Below, piece after piece: positions 1 to 14,153 of a stretch of DNA of 64,000 nt (position 1 is the stretch's first letter; every line of letters begins with the position of its first letter). A program made the position numbers and the translations under genes. This stretch comes from Botryllus schlosseri. Taxonomy: Eukaryota. The notes beneath the pieces are model-generated. The model was not told the DNA's origin and did not search any database. It worked only from the letters and a program-made list of their open reading frames with translations. The stretch covers positions 4,774,001-4,838,000 of the forward strand of contig CM119379.1 of the NCBI GenBank assembly GCA_051294905.1, given 5' to 3'.

Positions 1-668
1 TTTTCTGGTACGTTTGGGCGATTCTGATATATTTTGACTATAACAATAATCCTGAAGGGAGCTCAAGAAATACCAACTAACACAAAGTTATTAATAAAAA
101 CCAGAATATGAATCATCATTAATTTTGTGCTCAAATTTTTCTAAGACACCTCCTTCATCCGCTCCACCGGTTAATGTGATGACGTAGTCTGAGAATAATT
201 AAAGAGAGTAATATGTGAACTGTGAAGGTACCAACATCATCGAAGAAATTCATTCAAGAGGTTGAAGAAACCGAGTTCCAACAGCTTTTCCTGACATTTA
301 AACTCGCGATTTTGGTGCCTATATGGTCATACACCGGGGATGTTCTGCTTCTACAATTAGAACCTTTTACACCCAAGTATATCTCAAGAAATCAGTGATG
401 GCACAGAACACCACAGGGGCTCTCCACAATGCGAAACTCTCAGTAGCCAATTTCAATTGAGTATTTGTCGTCCAGATGGGCCATGACGACTCTCCAATGG
501 AATGCGGCCGTATGCTATATACATATGCTATCGTAATGTGGATCACTATGGAATCGGTGTATTATACGGTCAAGGGTGTACTCAAGTTTTGAGTCAACAT
601 GAAAAGGGTGTACAACGACGAAAAAGGTTGAACAGCACTGATCCACAGCCAATACCAACCTTCCAGCA

Positions 669-1182
669 GAGTGGTTCTCAAACTGAGGGGCGCGCTCCCT
701 TAGGTAGGGTGGGAGGGGGGAATGATCCGAAGGGAGTGTGAAGCCGCCTAAGAGAAATGTATTCTTCTTGAACTTGGAAGAAATTTAATTTGTGCTGAAA
801 CTTCCATGTACCATCATGTCAATAATCCTAATTATAAGGGGTAGCGTGAACGTGAGGTTCACGTGCGTGTTCTGTGTGTAAACCTCGGACATTAAGAGGT
901 TACCGTTTGGTAGATTCTGCTCTGTGAAACTTTAGTGAGCTGAAAATATTTTCGCGCCCCGCGCGATTTACATGTAGCTCGTGATTCCTGGTCTGTGTAT
1001 AGTCCGATTGTCAGATTGGAGTAGACTCTCAGCAGTCATAACATTCCACATCATCGAAATATGCTCGGGGATTGCAAACATTATGGTTGATCTTTTTAAT
1101 AATTTTATGATATGACGATGAGGGTGGCGCTAGATTTTTCACTATCATCAACGGGGCATGACTAAAAAATTGAGAACCACTG
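669..1182. mobile_element. Degenerate hAT (Charlie-like) MITE
   Basis: Left end AGTGGTTCTCAAACTGAGGGGCGCG (670) and right end TTGAGAACCACTG (ends 1182) are inverted copies of a CAGTGGTTCTCAA-type TIR. No convincing TSD remains. Confidence 0.5.
838..935 (+). repeat. Fragment of the non-autonomous hAT family seen complete at 58965-60109
   Basis: GTGAACGTGAGGTTCACGTGCGTGTTCTGTGTGTAAACCTCGG closely matches 58975-59020. Confidence 0.55.
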
Positions 1183-1492
1183 TTCTGGCCGTTATGCTCA
1201 ACTATCTTTCATTCTGTATTGTTCATATCAATTACATAATGGATAACGTGGAATATTCGTCAGCAACATCGATATATAGGCCTAATATAGAGACCATCAA
1301 TGAGTGCATCATTAAATTCCAATAACGAGTAAAATGAATTTGATACATAATCGATTATAATATCAGAAATGATATGTTATGTATCAACAAATTGCCTATT
1401 TATATGGTATCATGCTTAAGTCATGTCACTGGGATTCAAAATAATTACCAGAGCTTCTTGGCGGTACAGAACTCCAGTAGACAATTGTACAT

Positions 1493-1618
1493 TATATTCA
1501 TATTGAAATTAACCGGAATATTTTCGGATGACACTGGTCAGGGCTAATCTACTAGTTGCCGACGACACCCTAACGAGTGTCAGCCAAAAATATTCGGTTT
1601 CATTTCAATATGAATATA
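1493..1618. mobile_element. Small hairpin/foldback MITE-like element
   Basis: TATATTCATATTGAAATTAACCGGAATATTTTCGGATGACACT (from 1493) is an imperfect inverted repeat of AGTGTCAGCCAAAAATATTCGGTTTCATTTCAATATGAATATA (ends 1618). Confidence 0.6.
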
Positions 1619-4107
1619 CTATTTGAAATAATTACATGTGAATAAAAGACCAACTATGAAGGGGTTATAAATTGATATTCAACATGAAAATTAGTAGGCT
1701 TGAAATACGACGACTGCAAATCTGCGACACAATGCTATTAGTGATTTCGATTGAAATTCGCCGTGAAACATCTTGGTAATGTAGGAAAGAAGTAAAAAGA
1801 TTTCTACTCAACATTTTACCGGCATCAAGAGTACTAGGTATACAGATAGGTATTGAAAGATGTCAAAGGCTTTCACAAGACGTGGACTTGCAAATTAGAT
1901 GTTGATACGCCATCTCCGTTCATGTTTATCAAAATATTTATAAATAATTCTTATTTTTTTCCATTTCATTTTTGGTTATTACTTTTTTATATATTTTCTT
2001 ATGGAGATGTATCATACAATATGCGAGGACACTACTCACTATACTTCTACTTCTACATTTTTTAATATTGATGTATCTTTTGTAAGTTTCAGTGTATTGA
2101 ATTATCCTTAAGCTATAAACATCAAATCAGCACAATCCCATGTTACGACTTTGACATATACATGCATATATATGTCTTCTACAACCCTCGGGAAATTTGT
2201 ACAACCCTCGTGAAATTTGTATTAAACATAAGCATATCTTTTCCCTTGGAAAGTAATATCACACGCCGATATTATTGATTCGAGTTGGACTACCATTGCT
2301 GGTCTGACACATACATTCAAGCAGAATTAAAAGTCTGAAATTTTCTGTTCTTGAGAGCAAGGAAAGGAACCCCGATGGCTACTAATATATTTATACAATA
2401 TGACAATCACTGGTCCTAAAAGACAACGATATCCATTCTCAAATCTCGGTTTTCCAGACCCCAAAGGGCCAAAAATGGTGGTACGCGATAACAGTATCAA
2501 ACTCAGAATTATATCGCTGTCATAAAACCTACGTGCCTACGTGCATACCTTTTTACCTTTCTATATACAGGCATAATTTGGAATAAAATGTTGTCCTAGA
2601 TTTATACCACTGTATAAGTCTGGGGTGGGCCTGGTTTCGAGTGCAATGGGTGTATTTTTGCACCCGTATATCAGGGCTGGTACACTGGTAAAAATACGAA
2701 CTATTTTCGGCTGGAGTGTGCATTCCAACTTCCTAATGAATCATAACAAAAGTAAAAAATCCTACATGATGACAGCTTCAATATATTGTAGTGAAACCCC
2801 GTTGTTCTTCGAATCCAGTAAATTTTCGCCGTAAAACATTCATCCGCTGTAAATGCGAGCATCGAAAAGACGCTTAATGGTATGGACATTGTTGTTGTCG
2901 AGCTGTGAAACATTATGCAACTATTTCGCTTACATAATTGTAAAATGCACAATATAAAGATTGTCATAAAATTGATCATCCATTGCATGAATCGAACGCG
3001 AAATTTTCAACTCGAAACGCAGTCAGTCTGCTGGCAACATTTCAATTTTGTTGATGACAAATTGTTTATCTTGTACGCGATTGGCGTAGCTGCATCTGTA
3101 AACGAATCTTTTCCTCTCTGAAAAATAAATAACTCAGCATAAAGCAATATCCTCATTAATCAAACACGTCTGCAAACTATGTGGCCTATGATGATCTAGA
3201 AATAACGAACTGCGTGTGTGTTGCATATATAAAGTACAGCAAAGTACATCGTACAAAAAGTACATGAGTAAATCTACCTTTTGTATACGATCCGCCGGCT
3301 CACACATTTGTGTGGATGGTACGGATTCAAGCTAAAGGTACACCGTACATGATTACTTTTGGCGATTGACGCCAATGTTTGCATGTTATAATTGCATTGG
3401 GGCTGCAGAGATGTGATCGATATTAAAGATGAACTCATATGCAAATTACGAATCAAAAGGAATGGTGCTCGCTAATTAATTAAATAATGCGCAGCTCGCG
3501 TCACAATATTCCTATGCGGTTGTTTCTAACTGGATTTATAGGAGAATTTACTTCTCTGGGCTCCTCATCGCCGACCCCACTATTACGGTAGTGCATTAAA
3601 AAGCCCAGACTGAAAGTGAGCCGTGCTGCAAGTCGGACGCAGAGACCACTATGGGGACGCATGGGAGCAAGAGAGAATGAAGAATGACTGCTAATGAGAT
3701 TGAAAGATGTTCTCAAGAATATAAAAAGCAAAGACCTATGAACAAATGAACATTATGAAATTCGTGTCGTGGAGCACAAGGCCTCAACTGTTTGTGCCCA
3801 TCAATACATACATACAATAATATGAGAATTGACCGACCATAATATACAGAGAAGGATAAGTCTCAACTATTTTTAGAACAGGTTGACGTCACTATATCTT
3901 ATCACCTCCAATAAAATGCGTCGTCAAGTCGCTTCCAGGCATCCGTTACTCGATACACTAAATGAAAAATAGAATTTACAATGTAATATATGTTTATTAG
4001 TAAAATATTGCGCACGGCCCCAAACATTATGTTTGATATTTGGAATTGTCATCGGGTTCAGAGCGTGTTCAAAGAAGTACAGATATCAAGTTACTATGTC
4101 ATACGAA

Positions 4108-4578
4108 AGTAGTTAATATGATCGCTCGCATGACGCGCTTTTTTGCATGGGGTAATATAGGGCGCGGTCGCATGCTAACGAGAAACCGGGGGTGGCATGC
4201 TAACGTTTTCGGGTATAGGCTCCGGTCGCATGATAGCGTTACAGAGATAGGGATCGGTCGCATGCTAACGTTTTCGGGTATAGGCGGCGGTCGCATGCTA
4301 ACGTGAAAACTCGTGGTGGCACGCTAATGTTTTTTTGGTATACGTGCGGCGACATGCTAACGTTCCAGTTATAGGGTGATGAAGTGGTGTTTCGGCTCCT
4401 CTCGGTGGCATGATAGCGTTACAGAGATAGGGATCGGTCGCATGCTAACGTTGTTGGTATAGACATCTCTCGCGTGGTGTTGAATATGTACGAGTCACCA
4501 ACAATAACCGCGCAGACGGAAACGTGGCTTGTTGTGCAAGAGGATTACGCAGCGCGTGCGACCTATATTTCGAATGAC
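4108..4578 (+). repeat. Pol-N left TIR with subterminal GGTCGCATGCTAACG tandem units
   Basis: Reverse complement of 8271-8741; the motif CGGTCGCATGCTAACG recurs throughout. Confidence 0.9.
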
Positions 4579-7136
4579 CCGCGCGCTGAATTGTTGCCCG
4601 TGCAGCTGTTTTGTGCTACTATCGTATCGATTATTACACTAATCCAGTCAGTGCGAAATAGTTTGCTAAATCTAGGAATCAGTCGCATGGTGTTACTTTA
4701 GTAATTAGTTTACCGTAGAGCCGGCGTAGACGGTGATTCAAATACCAACAATAGCCTCGTTCACATACTAACACTTCAAAAAAAAGGTGTGAAATATTTG
4801 TAAAATCCTACGATCGCCCACAAGATAACACCTAAGACATAGCCATTTTTCGCGTCTTGCCATTACTTACATTTCAATCGCTACAGTTTAATATGTCGAT
4901 GGTTTTTACTATCAAGTAATAAGTAATGAATAACAGAACCGGCGCAGACCGTGATTCGAAAACCAACAATTTGGCACTTGCACGCGATCGCTATATGTTT
5001 TGACACTTCGGAAGAGTGGTTGACTTTAGTTGCGTGATACAAATCATGAGAATATTCAATCAATATGTCAATTTGTCAACTTGAAATGAAACTCACTATA
5101 CACAAATCAAGTTGATTCGTATTTGAATATGTTGATTCGACACAACTCAAATCCTTTTAACACGATCTATCGAATCAAACGTAACCTGAATATACTGACG
5201 CTAACATTCGGCCGCATCGGATTATTCGCACATTCCGCGCTGCTGTTTTCACGTCAATAGAATCAATACCAACTAACTCTATGAGAATCAAGAATCGCAA
5301 GTATGCACATACAATCGTTGTATTTATTACTGGGGAATCAAACGCTTAACAAAAACACGCAACTAATCATTTGCCAACTCTAACTACCAAAAAAATCTAG
5401 GCATTGTTGATTGAAAATCCTTGAATCCTTATTATCAAAATGTTATAGTGCGGTGTCGGAATCCATTCGCGGGATGTACTAAAGGTAAATCCTAATAATC
5501 CAGAATAAAATATTTGAACTTTGACATTGTGTGAATTGAAATATGTTTGACAAACATGACTACCAACTTTCACCCAGTCACATTTCGAGATTATACGTAC
5601 ATTGATTTGAAACAAGTAATGAAACATTACAACTCTATTCCCGATCCAGCTTTCCGTTTGTCAAAGAGAGTTTCAGTAATTACTATCGCGATATTTTAAT
5701 GTGTTACCACACACAATAGAATCAATCAATGAAATGTCGCCCGTTGTTGTAAACATTTCCAACTTGACAGCCGCTTGCAGATAACACGATCGAGTTGCAA
5801 TGCGATGAGTTGAATCGGAATATTTCAACCTACTTTGTCATATCGCGATTTGAAGTAGGATTGCCAGACAGGCTGGGTAAACTTTCACTCCACGGCGTTT
5901 CAGATTAATTTATTCACACGATCACCATCTCCCTGTCTTCACACTTACACAATCGCGTACTGTTCCCACTCACAACTTCGGTACGATATTTCAACTTGTC
6001 ACAATAACTGATTATTCACATGTTGATTTGAAACAAAAGAAGCCTTGAACAAGTTATCTGGGTATTTTTTTTGTCACAATTGGGTTAATGGAAATAGTAT
6101 TACACCTCGAAATTTTAACATCTTACCATACGCTAAAGAGTCAATCATGAAAACCTTGTCAAGTAAATCTGTTTGTAACTTACCAGACCAACTAGACAGT
6201 ACCCGTACAGAAAGAAGATAAGATTACGCGAGTACATACAATCGCTACAATCTAAAATCCATAGCAAGTTCGGTTGTAGTCATATACCGCCAAATCGTCT
6301 TTTTTGTTCAACTGTAAAAGTCGTTACTATTCTGTAAGATAAAGTAATTACTACTCGGTATATTTTACAAACCAAAGTAAATACTACTCGGTGTGCGGTT
6401 TGAGATTAACATATTACATTTGAGTATACGAGATTTGAATGTCGGACCAACGTAGGTGAGAATTCATTTCTTACAGTCGAACGCAGGCGTTATATTGAAA
6501 ATTTTCACGATGTAAACATATGAATTGACACATTGATTTTGACATATGAGATTTTGTAATAGTCGATCATGACTTGATTATTAAATTATGACATTATTAG
6601 ACCAGGGTTGTGTTGAAGGTTATTACGATACCAACAAACTTTTCAGAAACATTGTTATTAACAAATCGATTTGTAAAACTAGATTAACATGTCTAAAATG
6701 TTTTGATTGGAAGATTACGCCGTGTTCGTAAACACCACGCAGCGTATTGTGGAAATCAGGAAATAATTTACAAATGTAATTGTCTCCAGTAACCAAGACT
6801 AAAGATGAAACAACAATTTTCTTTGTTGAACAATAACCGGTACAATACTTCATCGTCGTAATCTGTGGTGGGAATTGAAACACTTTCACACATTACCCGA
6901 TGTCAAGATATCACACTAGGTGAATTGACATACCGCCGCTTGATTAATGCTTAATCCGTTCGCACCATTTCACACACTTTGATCATTACAAAAAACAAAT
7001 TGGAATATGTTTGCTAGACACCACCTATTCAACTATACTTGAGTAATACAGAAACCTCTTAACATTAATAAAATCAAAATATGTGCTACACTGAAATCTA
7101 CAAAATGTGATTGTATTGTTGTTCATTAGTGATCAT

Positions 7137-8026
7137 TAGGGCGGTTTTTTTTTGACCTAAAAAAAAGAAAATTTTGACCTAAAAAATCCAAATTTTGACT
7201 TTTTTTGACCTAAAAAAACTTAATTTTGACCAAATTTTGACCTAACGTATGCAAATTAGGTGTTTTCCCACATAATGTTAAAATTGTACCACTTATCTTC
7301 ATTTCTGGTTGGATCCGACTGTCCTAACGAAGTAGTTTGGCCTGAAAAAGCGGTTTTGGCTTAGGAACAGGCAAATTTTTACTTGAAAAAAAAAAACAAT
7401 ATTTTAACGAAATCTGGCCCTATGAAGAATTCCAGTGGTGACAATATGTTTTATGGTAGAAATAATTAAAATATTTTGTAGTACAACGAGAGATACTTTC
7501 CTACATTCTTGGGTAGAAAGTGTATGTCCTTACTAAGAAGCTTGCCAAGGACGTTCAACAGCAGCAGTTGTTGGCTGACAACACTCAAGTTGTGCGTACA
7601 CTGCTGGTGCTGGTGAGTGGTGACACACCGTGTTGCTTCACTCTGACAATGTTGTCTACATCACAAATTTTCATCGTGCGCTTCTTAACATAAGAATGAT
7701 GCAATGCACAAGAAGTCTTTCTTCAGTTAGGATATTGCGGTACGTTGACCATAACACCATGTCTACCTATTATTTGTTTTATTTGACCGTTTATGATTCA
7801 CAATGAGCAGACAATTAGCCGTTTACAACGGTAGGCCTATAAAATAGGCTAACACCGGTAAAATATCATTTTATAAGTTAACCAACAGTGCAAAATCTAC
7901 GATACAAACAAAATGCAGACGTCAAAAATTTTTTGACTTCATGAAAAATTTTGACAAATTTTGACCAAACGCTACAATTTTGACAAAATTTTGACAAATT
8001 TTGACATGTCAAAAAAAAACGCCCTA
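7137..8026. mobile_element. hAT-type MITE inserted in Pol-N
   Basis: TIR TAGGGCG(G)TTTTTTTTTGAC / GTCAAAAAAAAACGCCCTA; perfect 8-bp TSD GTGATCAT (7129-7136, 8027-8034); subterminal TTTTGAC repeats at both ends. Confidence 0.93.
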
Positions 8027-8270
8027 GTGATCATGCATTATCATATGAATATTCTAAAGTAATTATAATCATAAAAACCAAACCGCTGAAAGTCATTACC
8101 ACCGCAAAAACAATTTGTATGATATTCACCAAACGCATCCCAACTCAGTATGCAGAAATTATTTGTAGAGTGCATACCGACAAAGAAATCATGAACACAA
8201 CCAACACCGAAAATGATAAACACGTTTCGCGTTACTATTGATACAAGTTCATTTCTATCGGGCGAAATGT

Positions 8271-8741
8271 GTCATTCGAAATATAGGTCGCACGCGCTGC
8301 GTAATCCTCTTGCACAACAAGCCACGTTTCCGTCTGCGCGGTTATTGTTGGTGACTCGTACATATTCAACACCACGCGAGAGATGTCTATACCAACAACG
8401 TTAGCATGCGACCGATCCCTATCTCTGTAACGCTATCATGCCACCGAGAGGAGCCGAAACACCACTTCATCACCCTATAACTGGAACGTTAGCATGTCGC
8501 CGCACGTATACCAAAAAAACATTAGCATGCCACCACGAGTTTTCACGTTAGCATGCGACCGCCGCCTATACCCGAAAACGTTAGCATGCGACCGATCCCT
8601 ATCTCTGTAACGCTATCATGCGACCGGAGCCTATACCCGAAAACGTTAGCATGCCACCGCCGGTTTCTCGTTAGCATGCGACCGCGCCCTATATTACCCC
8701 TTGCAAAAAAGCGCGTCATGCGAGCGATCATATTAACTACT
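8271..8741 (-). repeat. Pol-N right TIR
   Basis: Reverse complement of 4108-4578. Confidence 0.9.
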
Positions 8742-9501
8742 TACGAAGCATGGCAATTTAGTAACGTTCAGTAGGCTTACGGTACCTGCACTTAACAGAC
8801 GACGTTTACCAGGTGTAAATGTGTGTAACAGGGTAAAGCTTGTTATTGGTACCGGTACCAACTCGTTTTTAGTCGTTATCGTTACGTCGTATGTTGAGTG
8901 CCTGTAATACAGACTCGTCACCGTAACTAAACCTCCGTGGTTATCGAGACTCAGTGAATTCCTACTATTGACTGAGGATTATCTAAAATCCCTTCCCTGA
9001 CTTCATAGCGTTGCGAAAATGCATCAATGAAGACATGCGTGCAATAACTTTTACAAAGGCTTACCAAATGATGACGCGTCACCCACATATCACAGAGATT
9101 TATGAAGTAGGATGGCACCTCTTTTGACAAACATTTTAAAAAGACGGTGTCTTCCGAAAGAAAATGACTGCTGCCGAAATATTTTTCCGAATCTCAACTT
9201 CAATTTATGACTGTATCCTAACTCAAGGGTGGACACTGGGCAGTCATTTTCCACACGGGCCAAATTAAAAGCAGTAAAACATTGGTGGACCGAGTCAACA
9301 ATTTTAACGGTACTCCGCGGCGTGTGTATTTCTGAATTGAAAGCGGGGAATTGCATTGTTAATAAATGCTTCTCAGTGGATGCATTGATATTAGGCAATG
9401 GAAGAGTAACGATATTTATTCGCTGTCATAATTCAAAACAATGATGTCCAGAATATTGAATTAGACTAAAATTTATCAATATCGCGCTTTATCAGTCAAC
9501 C

Positions 9502-10663
9502 CTATGTACGACGACGCTTTATGCATGTGACTGTAGAGACACGATTTCTAATTGCGTCATTAACGTTAAAAGTGAAAATGGTAGAGTCGGACGCATTACG
9601 CTCGTTGCATGAAATAAGCATTTCGTACATATGCTTGGCGTTCAAAATAATTTCATCGTCATCATATTGTATGCGGAGTATTTGGACCAAGCCGCAACAA
9701 GCTCTAGTTCAGTAGTTCTCAACCGGGGGTCCGCGAAGCATTTTCAGGGGGTCCGCGAAGCCTCTAAATTTACAAAATAGTTGATAATTTAATATATACT
9801 TTTTAAATTAGGAAAATCACAAGGCAGTTTCGCTTCATTACTAGTAAAATTCCAGAACTCACATCAACAGAATGACTGTCTGATATGAAATATCCTACTG
9901 TGCAGACTCATTTTAATTGCTAAATTGCCAATAGCCTTCTGATACAGATAAGTTTGCTGTGTAGATGTTTTGTTGGGGATTGTGGAAAAAGTAAGAAGTT
10001 GGATTAGTAATGTCGATTACGATGACTTCGAAATGTTTACAAAAATCATTTTTCCATACCAACTCCAAGTGCGCTGCTAGATAGAAATGACGAGGCTTGG
10101 CGTTATATGTTCATTAAAAAAAAATTATTCGTCAATTTTGGTGCCATATATTTGTTGCGATAATACCAAAATGTGACATCAAACGCGTTACACGTTATTA
10201 TTACGTTCGCCATCACCTATCTCTTCGGAAATGTATTTTCGGCACTGGCTTTTATGAAATCGAAAACGCTGATTTTCAAGACTCGACCACGCAATTCAAG
10301 AAATGCAATTTCAAAATTCGCTTTGAAATATTAACATTCCACCCAATTTCTACATAAATACTATGATGTTATTTTCAAGAAAAATCATTTTGTTGCTGTT
10401 TATCATTAGCCTACAGTTATCATTTGCACAAGACATATGGCGATTGCACGATATTTGAGCTAAATTAGAACTAAAACTTCGGGGGTCCGCGGGGGTCCGT
10501 GACGGTCCAAAAGGGGTCCGCGAAGACAAAAAGGTTGAGAACCACTGCCTCTAGTTGATTCTGTTATAGGCCAGTCCTGCCATTCGATATATGTTAAAGA
10601 CTCGCTCCCGATGCGAATGGTGACTTTTTCATAAACTGGATATAAATTCCATTCAAACCACAT
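9502..10663 (-). pseudogene. Unidentified ORF remnant split by the hAT MITE at 9710-10547
   Basis: Removing the MITE and one TSD copy joins ORF 10663-10549 (MWFEWNLYPVY...ESTR) in frame to ORF 9701-9502 (ACCGLVQILRIQYDDD...). No family motif recognised. Confidence 0.45.
9710..10547. mobile_element. hAT (Charlie-like) MITE
   Basis: TIR CAGTAGTTCTCAACC / GGTTGAGAACCACTG; GGGGTCCGCG subterminal motifs; TSD CTCTAGTT at 9702-9709 and 10549-10556 (one extra C at 10548). Confidence 0.88.
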
Positions 10664-12159
10664 ACCTGTGACGTGATCTAAATTAAACCTGGGATGGTCG
10701 ACAATATATACAGACCGATTCGTAGAATATGAGATTGTTTATTTCCAGGATGATGCTAAACTTGATTTCGCTTCGTATCCATTGTTTTTCTAATATTGTC
10801 TGAAAGTAGGTTAAGCTAAGGAATTAATCGATGAGATGACAACAACCGGTAATAATTATACCTATGATAACTTTTTTGAAATACGCTGCAACGAGACAAC
10901 GACTAACAGTAATAGTATGAAACTTCCAACTCAGAACCAGGATCGGATGCAATCTTCTGGAATATTTTCAGTTCTTCTCCTTCCAACATATTTCCTTGAT
11001 CCCCGTACATCAATGTCACTTTTTTGAAATTAGAGTTGTTGACGAGAGATGACATCTTATCGAGTGAAACACCACATCCACGATAGAATATGCATCTGAT
11101 ATATTCGAACTGCGGCGCAAGATTATTATTATTAATATTGTGTATCATAATGATCCTTATCGACATTGTTGGCCTTGGGCAGACGACGATTTATTACCTA
11201 CAGGACTTTGGAGACAAAGCCAGTGCGCCAGAGCCGTATATTTGCAGCTGACTCGGTGCTCCACATGAAATTTGGCTTCAGCTCCGATGTACCTCAGAAG
11301 ATGCTGCTGCTGCCATTGGCCGAATTCACATAATTTAAAAACAGCACTTCGTAACTGTGCCTCTTTGGTGTCACCATTTCTGACTTAAGACATTTCTGAC
11401 AAAGACATGTTCAATTTTTCATAGCTGCAACCCTGGGTACATACCATCGACTGGTCCATTTGGCAGGACCGGAGCTGGCGCGAGACAGACAATATCAATG
11501 GGCTCCTGAGCTGGAGCTACTTTACGTAAAAAGAGAGATCCGGAGCTTGATCTTGAGCAATTCGACATGGCCTCCTGCTTCAAAGCCCTTATTACGAAGT
11601 ACTTCAGTTACACTTATTGCTAGTAGAGGTGGCCATAATAAATCGAGTACTCGAATCTGAACTGAGTAATATTCCTGATGATTTGGCCGGAGTAGTGAGA
11701 AACAAATGTTTTGAGACCATTAAGTGATCTAGTATGAATGCCCTTTTCGTAACTTGTAAGCCCTGAAACCTCTATATTTATCGTATACATGCACCCAAAG
11801 GTACGCACGTTAGTACAAAGGTACGCACGTTAGTGGTAATCACATAGCTGAGACATCGGGAACTGCCCAAATAATTGGAACAAAGTGGAATGAAATGGGT
11901 AAGTTTGAAAAATACCAAGTTATTATTACGTATGGTAGAACTGGCAATAACTACTTTGTAGTAGCATAAATGTAACATATTTGAACTGTTCAGATCCCGA
12001 TAATGTTATGACGCCAGGTTTATTGATACTCAAATACTTGACCCGAGGACTAATACTGGATGGAGAATCCAATTACTCAGGTACTCGAGTAACCGGGTTG
12101 TGATTATAATCACGAAACCCTCAACTTCGATGGATAGCTCGGCCAGGGAAATGAACGTG

Positions 12160-12440
12160 AGTAGTGAGGGTACCTGGAATTGGCGCCGTCCAATCAAATT
12201 TCACCACGTCGCCCTAATTGCCACGCCTACATTACCACATCATCCGCCCATTGCCGCACCTATGGGACACCCCTTGCCACATCATCCACCCATTGCCGCA
12301 CCTATAGCACACACATTGCCGCACCTATAGCACACCTATTGCCACATCATCCGCCCATTGCCACATCACCGCCACATTCATCTGTGTCACATCATCAAGC
12401 GCCACACCTATAGTGCCACATCATCCATTGCCACATCATC
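12160..12440 (+). repeat. Pol-A left TIR: about 70-bp core plus TTGCCACATCATCC-type tandem array
   Basis: First about 70 bp match the reverse complement of 43908-43977 with about 3 mismatches; the same short units follow in a different order at each end. Confidence 0.85.
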
Positions 12441-12882
12441 ACCGCATTGATTGCCGCATCTATATTGTGCACAGCGCCGCATCAACCAGCGCGATGTCGA
12501 TTGCTGCACTTATAACACTCATTACCACGCCAAAACTTACCTTAGCTAGAATCGAACCTGGTTTGAATGGGTATAATGTCACGTCGCTCACCACCGCGCT
12601 ATTGAGCAAACTAGCCGTATTGAGCTGTTTTGAGAATATAACCGCCGATTCTCTCTTAAATTCCGAGACAACACCTTTTTCGAGTTATTACACATAAATG
12701 TAAGACTATAACAGCTGTGTCATCATTAATTAGTCAATGATTTTGGGGAATTCTGCAAATGCAACTTAATAATACAGATATCGCAACTCGCAAGCATAAA
12801 GGCCTACGATCACGCAAAGCTCATGCGCCGCGCATATTGCTGAATACTATTCCAAGAAATTGACGCGCGTAAATGTGGTACG

Positions 12883-13056
12883 AATATAGTTGCTTACGAT
12901 TCCAAGAAGTCGGGTCACATCGACAATATGAATTAGAACATTCTAAATATATTTGCGATTCCAAGAAGTCGGGCCACATCGATAATGGGAATTAGAACAT
13001 TCTAAATATAGTTGCGTTTCCAAGAAAACGCCGCGCTGGCGATACGAATTAGAATG
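12883..13056. repeat. About 59-bp tandem repeat, 3 copies, in Pol-A left arm
   Basis: TTCCAAGAA recurs at 12900, 12959 and 13018, with GAATTAGAA in each unit. Confidence 0.8.
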
Positions 13057-13439
13057 TTTACTTCCGACGTAAAGCAATTCGCATTCTGAAAACTTCACAC
13101 TTCTGTTAAAAGTATTGCCATGTGCGCAGGGATGCAGGCATCGCAGACGAGGTAAGATCAATGTATTTTCGTGTCAATTTAAACTCAATTTAGCTATAAT
13201 TTCTCGATACAGCATTAGCTTACTTGTGAACGCAGATTGATTTACGTTGAGATTTCTCCAATAGCTAACGTAATAGTGAGTTCTGTGCGCGGCTATAATG
13301 TTAACCGGCAATATAGCCGAAGTCGCACAAATTCGAATGTATATGCAAGTTTTCTTTTATCGTATAGATTCGCACTAAATTTGGTTATAATTACGCGGGT
13401 ATGCACTTCGGATTTGAGATGGATGTTAGTCTATGAATT

Positions 13440-14153
13440 CTTGCTTTACTCACGACCTAAAGTTGATAAATTGCGAGTTGTAGCAAGCATCTAACTACTG
13501 AGATTATGCTGATTTTACAAGCCCATAAGCCGCTGCTTTTAGATACGTAATGGAGCTGATTTAATAGGTAGTGCAGTGATGCTTTATCTTACCATTTCTG
13601 ATAGTGAATAAAATATATAACCAATATAAACTTATGCTTATAGTGCTACGAATAGCATAGCTATATAATTTATCGACTATTCTAAGATTCGCTACGCTGC
13701 CGCGGATTGAAGCTAAATTTTTTCATTTCAGATCAAAACGCCGACATCGCACACACAATTTACGCTCAGAAAATTTCACATTTCTATCACAACTAGGCCT
13801 ATCTCTCTATGCACTTCGACTGATGACGCTGGTAAGTTACCGCTGCTTTTAGATATGTGATTTTAATAGCTAGTGCACTGATGCTTTATAATAACATTTC
13901 CGATAGTGAATAAAATCTATAGCCAATACAAACCTATGCTAATAGTGACACGAATTAGCAGAGCTATATAATTTATGAGCTATTCTAAAATTCGCTACAC
14001 CACAGCGTCTTGAAGCTAAATCTTTAGCTAGCTTTACTCATGCCATAAAGGTGGTAAATTGCGAGTTGTAGCAAGCATCTAACTACTGATATTATGTCGA
14101 TTTTACAAGTCCATAAGCTGCTGCTTTTAGATATGTGATTTTAATAGCTAGCG
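13440..14153. repeat. Pol-A left-arm tandem array, portion left of the Pol-B1 insertion
   Basis: GCTGCTTTTAGATA...TAGCTAGTG...TTTCCGATAGTGAATAAAAT units; the sequence resumes at 29410. Confidence 0.85.

Larger units (their letters stand above)
4108..8741. mobile_element. Pol-N: non-autonomous Polinton/Maverick derivative
   Basis: Termini AGTAGTTAAT...ATTAACTACT; perfect 6-bp TSD TACGAA (4102-4107 and 8742-8747); about 471-bp TIRs; inner TIR block homologous to the Pol-B1 TIR; no intact Polinton ORF inside. Confidence 0.92.

Noticed and set aside
250-480. Possible decayed hAT dimerisation-domain sequence (AFPDI...MAQN)
   Set aside because: Resemblance is faint and interrupted by stops; not supportable without an HMM search.
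4040-4306. ORFs within terminal repeats (also 8543-8774, 12100-12413, 14092-14469, 29088-29276, 48685-49157)
   Set aside because: Low-complexity translations of TIR tandem units, open on both strands, with no protein motifs.
11626-12100. ACTCGAGTA-containing hAT-like fragment left of Pol-A
   Set aside because: Only one end is visible and no continuation was found right of Pol-A.
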